From the NCBI GenBank assembly GCA_020846855.1, contig JADLDD010000047.1, positions 10,909-74,908 on the forward strand: a DNA stretch of 64,000 nt. The letters run 5' to 3'. The stretch's first letter is position 1; every line of letters starts with the position of its first letter. A program made the translations under genes and the position numbers. The notes below the pieces were generated by a model. The model saw only the letters and a list, made by a program, of their open reading frames with translations, ran no database searches and was not told the DNA's origin. Source of the stretch: Acidimicrobiia bacterium (lineage in GTDB: Bacteria > Actinomycetota > Acidimicrobiia > IMCC26256 > JADLDD01). Below are positions 18,437-27,172 of the stretch, piece after piece.

Positions 18437-19657
18437 GTGGTTCCTAACCTGGCCCCCGTGCAGGCGCTGGACGGACTGCGGGTCGTGGACATGGCGACGC
18501 TCTTCGCCGGCCCGGGCGCGGCCCGGCACCTGGCCGACTTCGGCGCCGAGGTGATCAAGGTCGAGCCGCCCTCCGGCGACGGCGCCCGCCGCCTCGGCTG
18601 GCGCGACCCCGACGACGGCGAGACCTACGCCTGGAAGCTGCTGGGCCGCAACAAGCGGTCGGTCGTCCTCGACCTGAAGTCCGACGACGGGCGGCGAGCC
18701 ATGCGGGCGCTCCTCGACCGCAGCGACGTGCTGGTGGAGAACCTCCGCCCCGGCGGCCTCGCCCGTCTCGGCCTCGCCCCCGGCGACCTGCTGCGCACCA
18801 ACCCCGGCCTCGTGGTCCTCAGCGTGACCGGGTTCGGGCAGGACGGCCCGTACGCTCACCGTCCCGGCTTCGCCACCACCGCGGAGGCCATGAGCGGGTT
18901 CGCCGCGATCAACGGCGAACCCGACGGCGCGCCCCTCCTGCCGCCGGTGGCCCTCACCGACGAGGTGGCGGCCATGGCCGGCGCGTTCCTCGTGATGGTG
19001 GCGCTACGCCACCGCGACCGCACCGGCGAGGGCCAGGTCATCGACCTGTCCCTCTTCGAGTCGATGCTCCAGCTCATGGGGCCGCTGCCCTCGGCCCACG
19101 CCCACCTCGGGTACCTGCAACCCCGGCTGGGCGCGGGCATCCCCTACACCGTCCCCCGCGGCACCTACCGGTGCGCCGACGGGGTGTGGGTCGCCGTCTC
19201 CACCTCGGCCGACTCCGTGGCGGCGCGGGTGATGGCCCTCCTCGGCGTGGGCGACGACGAACGGTTCCGCACCTCCGAGGGGCGGGCCGCCCACCGCACC
19301 GAGCTCGACGCCCGGGTCCGCGACTGGGTCGGGGCCCGGCCGTCGGCCGAGGTCCTGGCCGCCTTCGAAGCGGCCGACGCGGCCATCGCGCCCGTCCTCG
19401 ACATGGCCGACATCGCCGCCGACCCGCACGTGGCGGCCCGGGAGGCCCTCGTCGACGTCGACGGCGTGCGGATGCAGGGCGTCATCGCTCACCTCTCGCG
19501 AACCCCCGGCCGCGTCCGCCACGCCGGCCGGCCGATGGGCGCCGACACCGCGGCCGTCCTCGCCGAGCTCGGCTTCGGCGACGGGGACGCCGCCCGCCGC
19601 GGGTCGGAGCATCCCAGGGAGGAGACGCGGCGACGCCCCGAGGAAACGCCGGAGTAG
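18437..19657 (+). CDS. CaiB/BaiF family III CoA-transferase
   Basis: Part of ORF 17891-19657. Start at GTG 18437 (alternative 18458). LDGLRVVDMATLFAGPGAARHLADFGAEVIKVEPP.GD..R...LGRNKRSVVLDLK...DVLVENLRPG. Confidence 0.88.
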   Translation: MVPNLAPVQALDGLRVVDMATLFAGPGAARHLADFGAEVIKVEPPSGDGARRLGWRDPDDGETYAWKLLGRNKRSVVLDLKSDDGRRAMRALLDRSDVLVENLRPGGLARLGLAPGDLLRTNPGLVVLSVTGFGQDGPYAHRPGFATTAEAMSGFAAINGEPDGAPLLPPVALTDEVAAMAGAFLVMVALRHRDRTGEGQVIDLSLFESMLQLMGPLPSAHAHLGYLQPRLGAGIPYTVPRGTYRCADGVWVAVSTSADSVAARVMALLGVGDDERFRTSEGRAAHRTELDARVRDWVGARPSAEVLAAFEAADAAIAPVLDMADIAADPHVAAREALVDVDGVRMQGVIAHLSRTPGRVRHAGRPMGADTAAVLAELGFGDGDAARRGSEHPREETRRRPEETPE

Positions 19658-19836
19658 AGAACCCCGCGCGCGCGCTGGTGCGGCGCGGGCCCCCAACGGT
19701 CTCCTCGGGACGTGGCCTACGCGATCATGGCCGGTGGTGGTCCGCGGGTGGCGGACCCTCGGCGGCGCGGCTACCAATGGAGCCGCGGCGCCGCGCACGA
19801 TGTTTCGGCGTATCGAATCGGACTTCGGAGGAAACC

Positions 19837-21657
19837 GTGGCCGCAACGACTCGTGAGGAGCTCGACCACCTGGTCGACGGCCGGACGGTGGCCGGGCAGT
19901 TCGTGACGACGGTCCGCGCCCGCCCGGGCGAGGTGGCCCTGCGCCGGCGGTCCGGCGACGGGTGGGACGACTGGACCTGGAGCGAGTACGCGGACCGGGC
20001 CGCCCGCATGGCGGCCGGCCTGGCCGACCTGGGGGTCACCCGCGGCGACCGGGTGGTCCTGATGATGCGCAACCGGCCGGAGTTCCACGTCGCCGACGTG
20101 GCCTGCCTGCTGGCCGGGGCCACGCCGATCTCGATCTACAACTCGTCGTCGGCGGAGCAGATCGCCTACCTGGCCGGCCACTGCGAGGCCCGGGCCGCCG
20201 TCGTCGACGGCGAGTTCCTCTCCCTGTTCGGCGAGGCGCGCCCGTCACTGGGCGCGCTCCGGTCGATCGTGGTCGTCGACGACCCGCCCGGCGGCGACGG
20301 CGTGTCCGGCGCCATCCCGTGGTCCGACGCCCTGGACCACGAACCCGTCGACCTGGAGGCCGCCGCGGCCGCGGTCCGCCCCGACGACCTCGTGACCGTC
20401 ATCTACACGTCGGGCACCACCGGGCCCCCCAAGGGGGTGATGATCGACCACCGCAACGTGTGCTGGACCGCGGAGAGCCTGCGGGCCGCGCTCACCGCCC
20501 ACTTCGATCTCCGGGTCGAGGGTCGGCGGCTCGTGTCGTACCTGCCGATGGCGCACATCGCCGAGCGCATGGTCTCCCACTACATGGGGATCCTGTTCTC
20601 GTGGGAGGTCACGACCTGCCCCGACCTCCGCGAGGTGGCCGGCTACTTCGGCCAGGTCCGGCCCGAGCTGATCTTCGCCGTCCCGCGCGTCTGGGAGAAG
20701 GTCTACGCGGCGATCGAGGCCATGAGCCACGCCGACCCCGAGCGGGCCCGCGAGTTCGAGGAGGCGCTGGCGATCGGTCTCGAGGCGTCGGAGTACCGGG
20801 CCCGCGACGCCGAGATGCCGGACGAGCTCCGCACCCGGTACGAGGCCGTGGAGGCGTCGACCCTCGGTCCCGTACGGCAGTTGCTAGGACTCGATGCCCT
20901 CGTGACGGCGATCAGCAGCGCGGCGCCCGTCACCATCGAGATCCTCGAGTTCTTCCGCGGTCTCGGGGTGCCGATCTCGGAGATGTACGGCATGTCGGAG
21001 TCGACCGGCCCGATCACATGGGAGCCGTTCCGCGTGAAGCTCGGCTCGGTCGGGCCGGCCGTTCCCGGCGTGGAGGTGGCGCTCGGCGACGACGGTGAGG
21101 TCCTCTGCCGGGGCGGGAACGTGTTCCGCGGCTACCTCCGGGATCCGGAGAAGACCGCGGAGACCATCGACGCCGACGGCTGGCTGCACAGCGGCGACAT
21201 CGGCTCGCTCGACGCCGACGGCTACCTCCGGATCGTCGATCGCAAGAAGGAGCTGATCATCACGGCCGGGGGCAAGAACATCTCGCCGGCGAACCTGGAG
21301 GGCGCCCTCAAGGCGCAGCCGTTCATCGACCAGGCGTGCGTGATCGGCGACCAGCGCCCGTTCATCTCGGCGCTGCTGGTGCTCGACGCCGAGGCGGTGT
21401 CGGGGTGGGCCAAGGAGCAGGGGCTCGACCTCCCGACCGTCGTGGAGATGATCGCCTCCCCCGAGGTGAGGGCCGAGATCGACCGGCAGGTGGCGCACGC
21501 CAACGAGCGGTTCAACCACGCCGAGCAGGTGAAGAAGTACACGCTGCTGCCGCACGAGTGGGAACCGGACTCCGAGGAGCTGACTCCCACGATGAAGCTC
21601 AAGCGACGCGGCATACACGCCAAGTACGCGCCCCAGATCGCCGCCATGTACGCCTGA
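19837..21657 (+). CDS. AMP-dependent acyl-CoA synthetase/ligase (long-chain FadD-like)
   Basis: Part of ORF 19171-21657. GTG 19837 is preceded by GGAGGA (19827-19832). YTSGTTGPPKGV, GYLRD...DGWLHSGDIG, IVDRKKELIITAGGKNISP. Confidence 0.9.
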   Translation: MAATTREELDHLVDGRTVAGQFVTTVRARPGEVALRRRSGDGWDDWTWSEYADRAARMAAGLADLGVTRGDRVVLMMRNRPEFHVADVACLLAGATPISIYNSSSAEQIAYLAGHCEARAAVVDGEFLSLFGEARPSLGALRSIVVVDDPPGGDGVSGAIPWSDALDHEPVDLEAAAAAVRPDDLVTVIYTSGTTGPPKGVMIDHRNVCWTAESLRAALTAHFDLRVEGRRLVSYLPMAHIAERMVSHYMGILFSWEVTTCPDLREVAGYFGQVRPELIFAVPRVWEKVYAAIEAMSHADPERAREFEEALAIGLEASEYRARDAEMPDELRTRYEAVEASTLGPVRQLLGLDALVTAISSAAPVTIEILEFFRGLGVPISEMYGMSESTGPITWEPFRVKLGSVGPAVPGVEVALGDDGEVLCRGGNVFRGYLRDPEKTAETIDADGWLHSGDIGSLDADGYLRIVDRKKELIITAGGKNISPANLEGALKAQPFIDQACVIGDQRPFISALLVLDAEAVSGWAKEQGLDLPTVVEMIASPEVRAEIDRQVAHANERFNHAEQVKKYTLLPHEWEPDSEELTPTMKLKRRGIHAKYAPQIAAMYA

Positions 21658-21724
21658 CCGCGCGATCCCCGCGGTCAGGCCGTCGAGGTCGGCCGGCGCG
21701 CCTGCTCCACCGGCGAGTCCCGCG

Positions 21725-22504
21725 TCAATCGGTGGGGGCGATCACCACCCGGTCGGGGCCGTGCTCGCGAGCCGCGCTCAGCGCGCCCACCGCCCGTTCC
21801 ACCAGCTCGGTGGCGTCGAGGGCGTGGGTGGGGTACGACGCGATGCCGGCGGAGACGGTCAGGGTGTCCGCGAGCGCGCTGGCGTGCAGCGCGCCGCGGA
21901 CCCGTTCCGCGGCCCACAGCGCGCCCGACTCCGCGGTGTCCTCGAGGATCGCGATGGCCATGGCGCCGGTGAAGCGGAAGGCGAGGTCGGACTCGCGCAG
22001 GGTCTGGCGCACGACGTCGCCGAGCACACCTACCGACTGCTCACGGGCATCGCCTTCGGCGTCCTGGAACCCGTCGACCTGGAACACCACCACCGACATC
22101 GGTTCGAGGTGGCGCCGGGCGGCGGCGAGCCGTTGGGAGAGGATGACGGGGAGGATCTCCTCGACGAGGAGGCCGGACCCGGGGTCGTGGACCCACCCCG
22201 AGGTCGCCGGCGGCGCGGCGGGTCCGGCAGCCGAGGCCCGGGCCCGGGTCGTCTCCTCGGCGAGCATCCCGGCGAGCAGGTCGACCTCGCGGGAGAGCCG
22301 GCGCCGCTCCTCGGCCAGGGTCCCGGCCCGCTCGTCGAGGGCCCGGCCGGCCGCGAGGGCGTGGACCGCCAAGAGGGCGGCGGCGGCCCCGGCCAGGCCG
22401 CTCCCGACGGCGGCCTCCGGCGCGGCCGACACCGCGGCGACGATCCCGAGGGCGATCGCGATAGCCCCGAGGACCACCGCCGCGGCCGTGCGCGGGGCGT
22501 TCAT
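21725..22504 (-). CDS. Membrane-anchored GGDEF-domain protein with a degenerate active site
   Basis: Last 259 aa of ORF 21725-25480. ATG 22504 overlaps the ecm stop (ATGA). One TM helix plus a coiled coil, then VVVFQVDGFQD...DLAFRFTGAMAIAIL...VSAGIASYP. The GGDEF motif position reads TGAMA. Confidence 0.75.
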   Translation of the reverse strand: MNAPRTAAAVVLGAIAIALGIVAAVSAAPEAAVGSGLAGAAAALLAVHALAAGRALDERAGTLAEERRRLSREVDLLAGMLAEETTRARASAAGPAAPPATSGWVHDPGSGLLVEEILPVILSQRLAAARRHLEPMSVVVFQVDGFQDAEGDAREQSVGVLGDVVRQTLRESDLAFRFTGAMAIAILEDTAESGALWAAERVRGALHASALADTLTVSAGIASYPTHALDATELVERAVGALSAAREHGPDRVVIAPTD

Positions 22505-24516
22505 GCCGTACCCATCGGCGCGTCGGACCCCGTTGCGTAGGGCCCTACGGCCCTTCGGTGCTCGATGGCCAGTTGGGCGACGTCGTTCATGATCTCCGAG
22601 AGCCGGTAGTCCTTGGGCGTGTACACCCGGGTGGTACCCGCCTCGGCCAGGGCCGGGCGGTCGGCCTCGGGGATTATCCCCCCCACGACCACGGGGGCGT
22701 CGACACCCGCCGCCCGCACCAGGCGGATCGTCTCCGGGACCAGGTCGCGGTGCGAGCCCGAGAGGATCGACAACCCGACGACGTCGACGTCTTCGTCGCG
22801 CGCCGCGGCGGCGATCTGCTCGGGCGTGAGCCGGATCCCCTGGTAGACGACCTCCATGCCGGCGTCGCGCGCCGCCACCGCTATCTGCTCGGCGCCGTTG
22901 GAGTGGCCGTCGAGCCCGGGCTTGGCCACGAGCAGCCGGATCGGGCCGCCCAGGTCGGCCGCCGCCCGGCGCACCAGCTCCCGGACGCCGAGCATCCCGC
23001 CCGCCGGGGCGCCGGCCACCGCTCCCACGCCGGTCGGTGCCCGGTACTCGCCGAACACCTCGCGCAGCGCTCCGGCCCACTCGCCCACCGTCCCGCCGGC
23101 CCGGGCCAGGTCGATGCTGGGCTCCACGAGGTTCTCGGTCCCGGCCGCGGCGGTCCGCAGCCGGTCGAGGGCTCGGGCCACGGTGCTGGGGTCGCGGTCG
23201 GCGCGCCACCGCTCGAGGTGCTCTACCTGCGTGCGCTCGGCGTCGGGGTCGGGTACGAGGATCGATGCGCCGCCGGATTCGACCAGTGGCGACGGCTCGG
23301 TCTCCGGGAACCGGTTCACGCCGACCACGGTCGTCTCCCCGGCCTCGATGCGCCGGAGCCGCTCGGCGTGGCTCTGGACCAGCCGCCCCTTGATCCGGTC
23401 GATCATGGCGAACGCCCCGCCGCCGTCGAGGACCCACTCGAGCTCGGCGGTGGCGGCGTCGTCGAGCTCGGCCGTCTTGGCCTCGATCACCTTCGAGCCG
23501 TCGAGGATGTCGTCGTACTCGAGGAGGTCGGTCTCGTAGGCCAGGACCTGCTGCATGCGCAGCGACCACTGCTGGTCCCAGGGGCGGGGCAGGCCGAGGG
23601 CCTCGTTCCAGCAGGGGAGCTGGAGGGCCCGGGTCCGGGCGTCGCGGCTCAGCGTGACGCCCAGCATCTCGAGCACGATCCGCGGCACGTTGTTCTCGGG
23701 TTGCGACTCCGTCAGGCCGAGCGAGTTCACCTGGACGCCGTAGCGGAAGCGGCGGAGCTTCTCGTCGGTGACGCCGTAGCGCTCGCGGCAGATCCGGTCC
23801 CACATGCGGGTGAAGGCCCGCATCTTGCAGGTCTCCTCCACGAAGCGGATCCCGACGTCGACGAAGAACGAGATCCGGCCTACCACCGCCGGCAGCTCGT
23901 CGGGGCTCACCTGCCCGGAGTCGCGCACCGCGTCGAGCACCGCGATCGCGGTGGCGAGCCCGTAGGCCAGCTCCTGGACGGGGGTGGCCCCCGCCTCCTG
24001 TAGGTGGTACGGGCAGACGTTGATCGGGTTCCAGCGCGGGATCTTCGTGACCGTGTGGGCGATGAGGTCGACGGTGAGGCGTCGCGACGCGTCGGGACCG
24101 AAGATGTAGGTGCCGCGGGACAGGTACTCCTTGACGATGTCGTTCTGGGTCGTGCCGGACAGGCGCGACGGGTCGACGCCGCGCTCGGACGCCAGGGCCA
24201 CGTAGAGCCCGAGGAGCCACATGGCGGTGGCGTTGATCGTCATCGACGTGTTCATCTCCTCGAGGGGGATCTCCTCGAAGAGGGTGCGCATCTCGCCCAG
24301 GTGGGGGACGGGCACCCCGACCTTGCCCACCTCGCCGCGCGCCCGCGGGTCGTCGGGGTCGTAGCCCGTCTGGGTGGGCAGGTCGAAGGCGACCGACAGG
24401 CCGGTCTGGCCCTTGGCGAGGTTGGAGCGGTACAGCTCGTTGGAGGCGCGCGCCGACGAGTGGCCGGAGTACGTGCGCATCAGCCACGGACGGTCGCGGT
24501 CGGTCACGGGGACCAT
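22501..24516 (-). CDS. ecm: Ethylmalonyl-CoA mutase (MeaA-type fused B12-dependent acyl-CoA mutase)
   Basis: ORF 22501-24516. DRPWLMRTYSGHSSA..SNELYRSNLAKGQTGLSVAFDLPTQTGYDPD...RGEVGKVGVP is MeaA-like as I remember it. C-terminal B12 domain KPGLDGHSNGAEQIA...GLSILSGSH. The start could instead be GTG 24507. Confidence 0.85.
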   Translation of the reverse strand: MVPVTDRDRPWLMRTYSGHSSARASNELYRSNLAKGQTGLSVAFDLPTQTGYDPDDPRARGEVGKVGVPVPHLGEMRTLFEEIPLEEMNTSMTINATAMWLLGLYVALASERGVDPSRLSGTTQNDIVKEYLSRGTYIFGPDASRRLTVDLIAHTVTKIPRWNPINVCPYHLQEAGATPVQELAYGLATAIAVLDAVRDSGQVSPDELPAVVGRISFFVDVGIRFVEETCKMRAFTRMWDRICRERYGVTDEKLRRFRYGVQVNSLGLTESQPENNVPRIVLEMLGVTLSRDARTRALQLPCWNEALGLPRPWDQQWSLRMQQVLAYETDLLEYDDILDGSKVIEAKTAELDDAATAELEWVLDGGGAFAMIDRIKGRLVQSHAERLRRIEAGETTVVGVNRFPETEPSPLVESGGASILVPDPDAERTQVEHLERWRADRDPSTVARALDRLRTAAAGTENLVEPSIDLARAGGTVGEWAGALREVFGEYRAPTGVGAVAGAPAGGMLGVRELVRRAAADLGGPIRLLVAKPGLDGHSNGAEQIAVAARDAGMEVVYQGIRLTPEQIAAAARDEDVDVVGLSILSGSHRDLVPETIRLVRAAGVDAPVVVGGIIPEADRPALAEAGTTRVYTPKDYRLSEIMNDVAQLAIEHRRAVGPYATGSDAPMGTA

Positions 24517-24567
24517 TCTCCCGCGTCGGCGACGCCCTGTCGCACGAGAGGGCCGTCCACCGGCCGA

Positions 24568-25422
24568 TCAGCGGTGGTAGTCGTAGAAGCCCAGGCGGCT
24601 CTTGCGGCCGAGGCGCTCGGCGCTCACCATGCGTCGGAGGAGCGGGGCCGGGGCGTAGTTGGGGTCCTTGAACTCGGCGTAGAGCGCCTCGAGGATGGCC
24701 AGGCTCGTGTCGAGACCGACCAGGTCGAGGAGCTCGAGCGGCCCCATGGGGAAGTTGCAGCCGCCCTTCATGGCGGCGTCGATGTCGTCGCGGCTGGCCA
24801 CGCCGGAGTCGAGGAGCTTCACCGCGTTGTTGAGGTACGGGAAGAGCAGCGCGTTGACGATGAACCCGGCCTGGTCCTTGACCAGGACCGGGCTCTTGCC
24901 GCAGGCCTCGGCGAAGCCGCGGGCCTCCTCGACGGTGGCGTCGGAGGTGGTGATGGCCCGGACGACCTCGACGAGGGGCATCATCGGCGCCGGGTTGAAG
25001 AAGTGGATGCCGCAGACCTTCTCGGGGCGGCCCGTCTCCATGGCCATCTCGACGACCGGGAGCGTGGAGGTGTTGGTCGTGAGCAGGGCCGACGCGCCGC
25101 AGATGCGGTCGAGCTCGCTGAAGAGGTGCTTCTTGGCCGCCAGGTCCTCGACGATCGACTCGACGACGAGGTCGCAGGACGCCAGCTCGCCCAGGTCGGA
25201 GACGGCCCGCACCCGGCCGAGCACCGCGGTGCGGTCGTCGTCGGAGAGCTTTCCCTTGTCGACCTGCCGGGCCAGCGACTTCTCGAGGCCGGCGACCATG
25301 GCGTCGGCGCTGGCCTGGGCCCGGCTGCGGAGCACCACGTCGAAGCCGGCCTTGGCGGCGACCTCCGCGATCCCCGAACCCATGATCCCGGAACCGACGA
25401 TTCCGACGCGCTTGACCGCCAT
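24568..25422 (-). CDS. hbd: 3-hydroxybutyryl-CoA dehydrogenase (NAD-dependent 3-hydroxyacyl-CoA dehydrogenase)
   Basis: ORF 24568-25422. VGIVGSGIMGSGIA, NTSTLPV, GIHFFNPAPMMPLVE, GFIVNALLFPYLN, PMGPLELLDLVGLD. SD AAGGAGAGGAG. Confidence 0.92.
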   Translation of the reverse strand: MAVKRVGIVGSGIMGSGIAEVAAKAGFDVVLRSRAQASADAMVAGLEKSLARQVDKGKLSDDDRTAVLGRVRAVSDLGELASCDLVVESIVEDLAAKKHLFSELDRICGASALLTTNTSTLPVVEMAMETGRPEKVCGIHFFNPAPMMPLVEVVRAITTSDATVEEARGFAEACGKSPVLVKDQAGFIVNALLFPYLNNAVKLLDSGVASRDDIDAAMKGGCNFPMGPLELLDLVGLDTSLAILEALYAEFKDPNYAPAPLLRRMVSAERLGRKSRLGFYDYHR

Positions 25423-25453
25423 GGCCGCTCCTCTCCTTGGTGGCGGCGCAGGT

Positions 25454-25465
25454 TACCGATCGGTA
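25454..25465. promoter_or_regulatory. 12-bp perfect palindrome TACCGATCGGTA in the hbd / S51-peptidase divergent region (candidate operator)
   Basis: Read directly. About 32 nt upstream of the hbd ATG. Relatively AT-rich compared with its surroundings. Confidence 0.3.
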
Positions 25466-25547
25466 CCGGCGGGCCGCCACCGGCGAATAGCCTGCCGCGG
25501 GACCTCACGAGACCGGCCTCCGGGCCCGAGACGGGGAGATCGAACCG

Positions 25548-26258
25548 ATGAGCCCGCGCGCCGCCCGCCCCGAAGGAGTCCTCGCCCTGGTCGGTGGAGG
25601 TGAGTGGGGCGACGGTCTCCTGGAGCTGCACCGCGAGATGGCTTCCGCCGCGGGCGCCCGGGAGGTGCTGGTGCTCCCCACCGCCGCGGCCTTCGAGCGG
25701 CCGGGGCGGGTGGTCCGGCAGGCCACCGACCACTTCGCCGCCTCGGGGACGCCGGTCCGCGAGCTCGCGGTGCTCAACCGGCGGGAGGCCGAGGAACCGG
25801 CCCACGCCGACGCCGTGAGATCGGCCCGGTTCGTCTACCTGGCCGACGGCTCCCCGATGCACCTCCGGTCCGTGCTGTGGGGATCGCCGCTGTTCGAGGC
25901 GCTGGTGGAGGCATACCGGAAGGGCGCCGCGGTGGCGGCCAGCGGGGCCGGCGCCACGGTCCTCGGCGACCCCATGGTCGACCCGCGGGGCGGTGCCTAC
26001 ACGGTCGGGCTGGGCCTCGTGAAGGACCTCGCCGTCTTCCCGTACCACGGCACCTCGGCGCGGCACCTGCTCGAGCGCTCGGTCGACCTCCTCGCCCCGA
26101 CCGCGACGCTGGTCGGGATCGACGAGGAGACGGCCCTGGTCCGCGATCCCGGGGGCTCGTGGCGGGTCGCCGGAGCCGGCAAGGTCACGATCTACGAGGA
26201 GGGTGAGCCGGCCCACGCGCTCGGGGCGGGCTCGTCGGTGCCCGGTCTGCCGGCCTGA
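25548..26258 (+). CDS. Peptidase S51 / type-1 glutamine-amidotransferase-like protein (cyanophycinase/peptidase E-like)
   Basis: ORF 25548-26258. LVGGGEW, VLPTAAA, YLADGSPMHL, ASGAGATVLG (nucleophile Ser motif). Confidence 0.7.
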   Translation: MSPRAARPEGVLALVGGGEWGDGLLELHREMASAAGAREVLVLPTAAAFERPGRVVRQATDHFAASGTPVRELAVLNRREAEEPAHADAVRSARFVYLADGSPMHLRSVLWGSPLFEALVEAYRKGAAVAASGAGATVLGDPMVDPRGGAYTVGLGLVKDLAVFPYHGTSARHLLERSVDLLAPTATLVGIDEETALVRDPGGSWRVAGAGKVTIYEEGEPAHALGAGSSVPGLPA

Positions 26259-26325
26259 ACCCCGGCCGCGTCAGCTACCGTCCGGGCAAGCCATCCCGGA
26301 AGCCACCCCGGCCGAGGACTCCACG

Positions 26326-27114
26326 TTGACGGACACCGGGCCGCCCGACGCCCTTCAACTCACCGACATCGAGGTCCGCTTCGGCGGCGTGACCGCTCTC
26401 GACGGGGCCTCGGTGCGGGTGGGGCCGGGTGAGATCTGCGGTCTCATCGGCGCCAACGGTGCCGGCAAGACCACGCTCTTCGACGTCGTGTCGGGGGTGC
26501 GGACCCCCGACGCCGGCCGGGTCCACCTCCACGGGCGCGACGTCACGGCCTGGTCGCCCCACCGCCGGGCCCGGGCCGGCCTGCGGCGAACCTTCCAGAG
26601 GGTGCAGCCCTTCGGATGGCTCACGGTGGAGGAGAACCTCCTCGTCGCCTCGGAGTGGCGGGGGGGTGGGGGCGGGGCTCTCGCCGACGTGGTCGGCGCC
26701 CCGGGCCGGCGCCGGAGGGAGCGGGAGCGCCGGGCGCGCGCCGACGCGGTGATCTCCCGCTGCGGGCTCGGCGCGGTGCGGCACTCCCCGTGCGGTCACC
26801 TGCCGATCGGTGCGGTTCGCCTCGTCGAGCTGGGCCGGGCCCTCGTCGACGATCCCACCGTCGTGCTCCTCGACGAACCGACCTCGGGGCTCGACCACGC
26901 CGAGTCGAGGCGCTTCGCCGATCTGGTCCGGTCGGAGCGCGACGAGCGGGGCACCGCGGTCCTGCTCGTCGAGCACGACGTCGGCTTCGTGCTCGGGACC
27001 TGCGACCGCGTGGTGGTCCTGCACCTCGGTCGGGTTCTCGCCGACGGCCCCCCCGCCGAGATCCGCGACGATCCCGCGGTCCGGAACGCCTACCTGGGGG
27101 CCGTGCCGGCGTGA
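26326..27114 (+). CDS. Branched-chain amino acid-type ABC transporter ATP-binding protein (LivG-like)
   Basis: Part of ORF 26203-27114. TTG 26326 has GAGGA 7 nt upstream. GLIGANGAGKTTLF, LVELGRAL, VLLDEPTSGLD, LLVEHD. Confidence 0.85.
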   Translation: MTDTGPPDALQLTDIEVRFGGVTALDGASVRVGPGEICGLIGANGAGKTTLFDVVSGVRTPDAGRVHLHGRDVTAWSPHRRARAGLRRTFQRVQPFGWLTVEENLLVASEWRGGGGGALADVVGAPGRRRRERERRARADAVISRCGLGAVRHSPCGHLPIGAVRLVELGRALVDDPTVVLLDEPTSGLDHAESRRFADLVRSERDERGTAVLLVEHDVGFVLGTCDRVVVLHLGRVLADGPPAEIRDDPAVRNAYLGAVPA

Positions 27115-27172
27115 CGGCCCCCGTCCCCGCCCGCCCCAGCGCCGCCGAGGCGCTCCGAACCGGAGGAACACC

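Noticed and set aside
19658-19836. GC hairpins and an AT-richer patch (gtatcgaatcgg) between the CoA-transferase and acyl-CoA ligase genes, as a riboswitch or FadR-type operator.
   Set aside because: I could not define a symmetric operator or a known RNA motif. The hairpins are plausible terminators, but the evidence is too weak to call.
21725-25480. A single 1251-aa ORF spanning the GGDEF, ecm and hbd region; likewise 57610-60453 (947 aa) and 39659-42160 (833 aa).
   Set aside because: Only the 3'-terminal part of each is a real gene (GGDEF protein, paralog 3, ArsA2). The upstream parts are out-of-frame read-through over neighbouring genes with no recognisable motifs.
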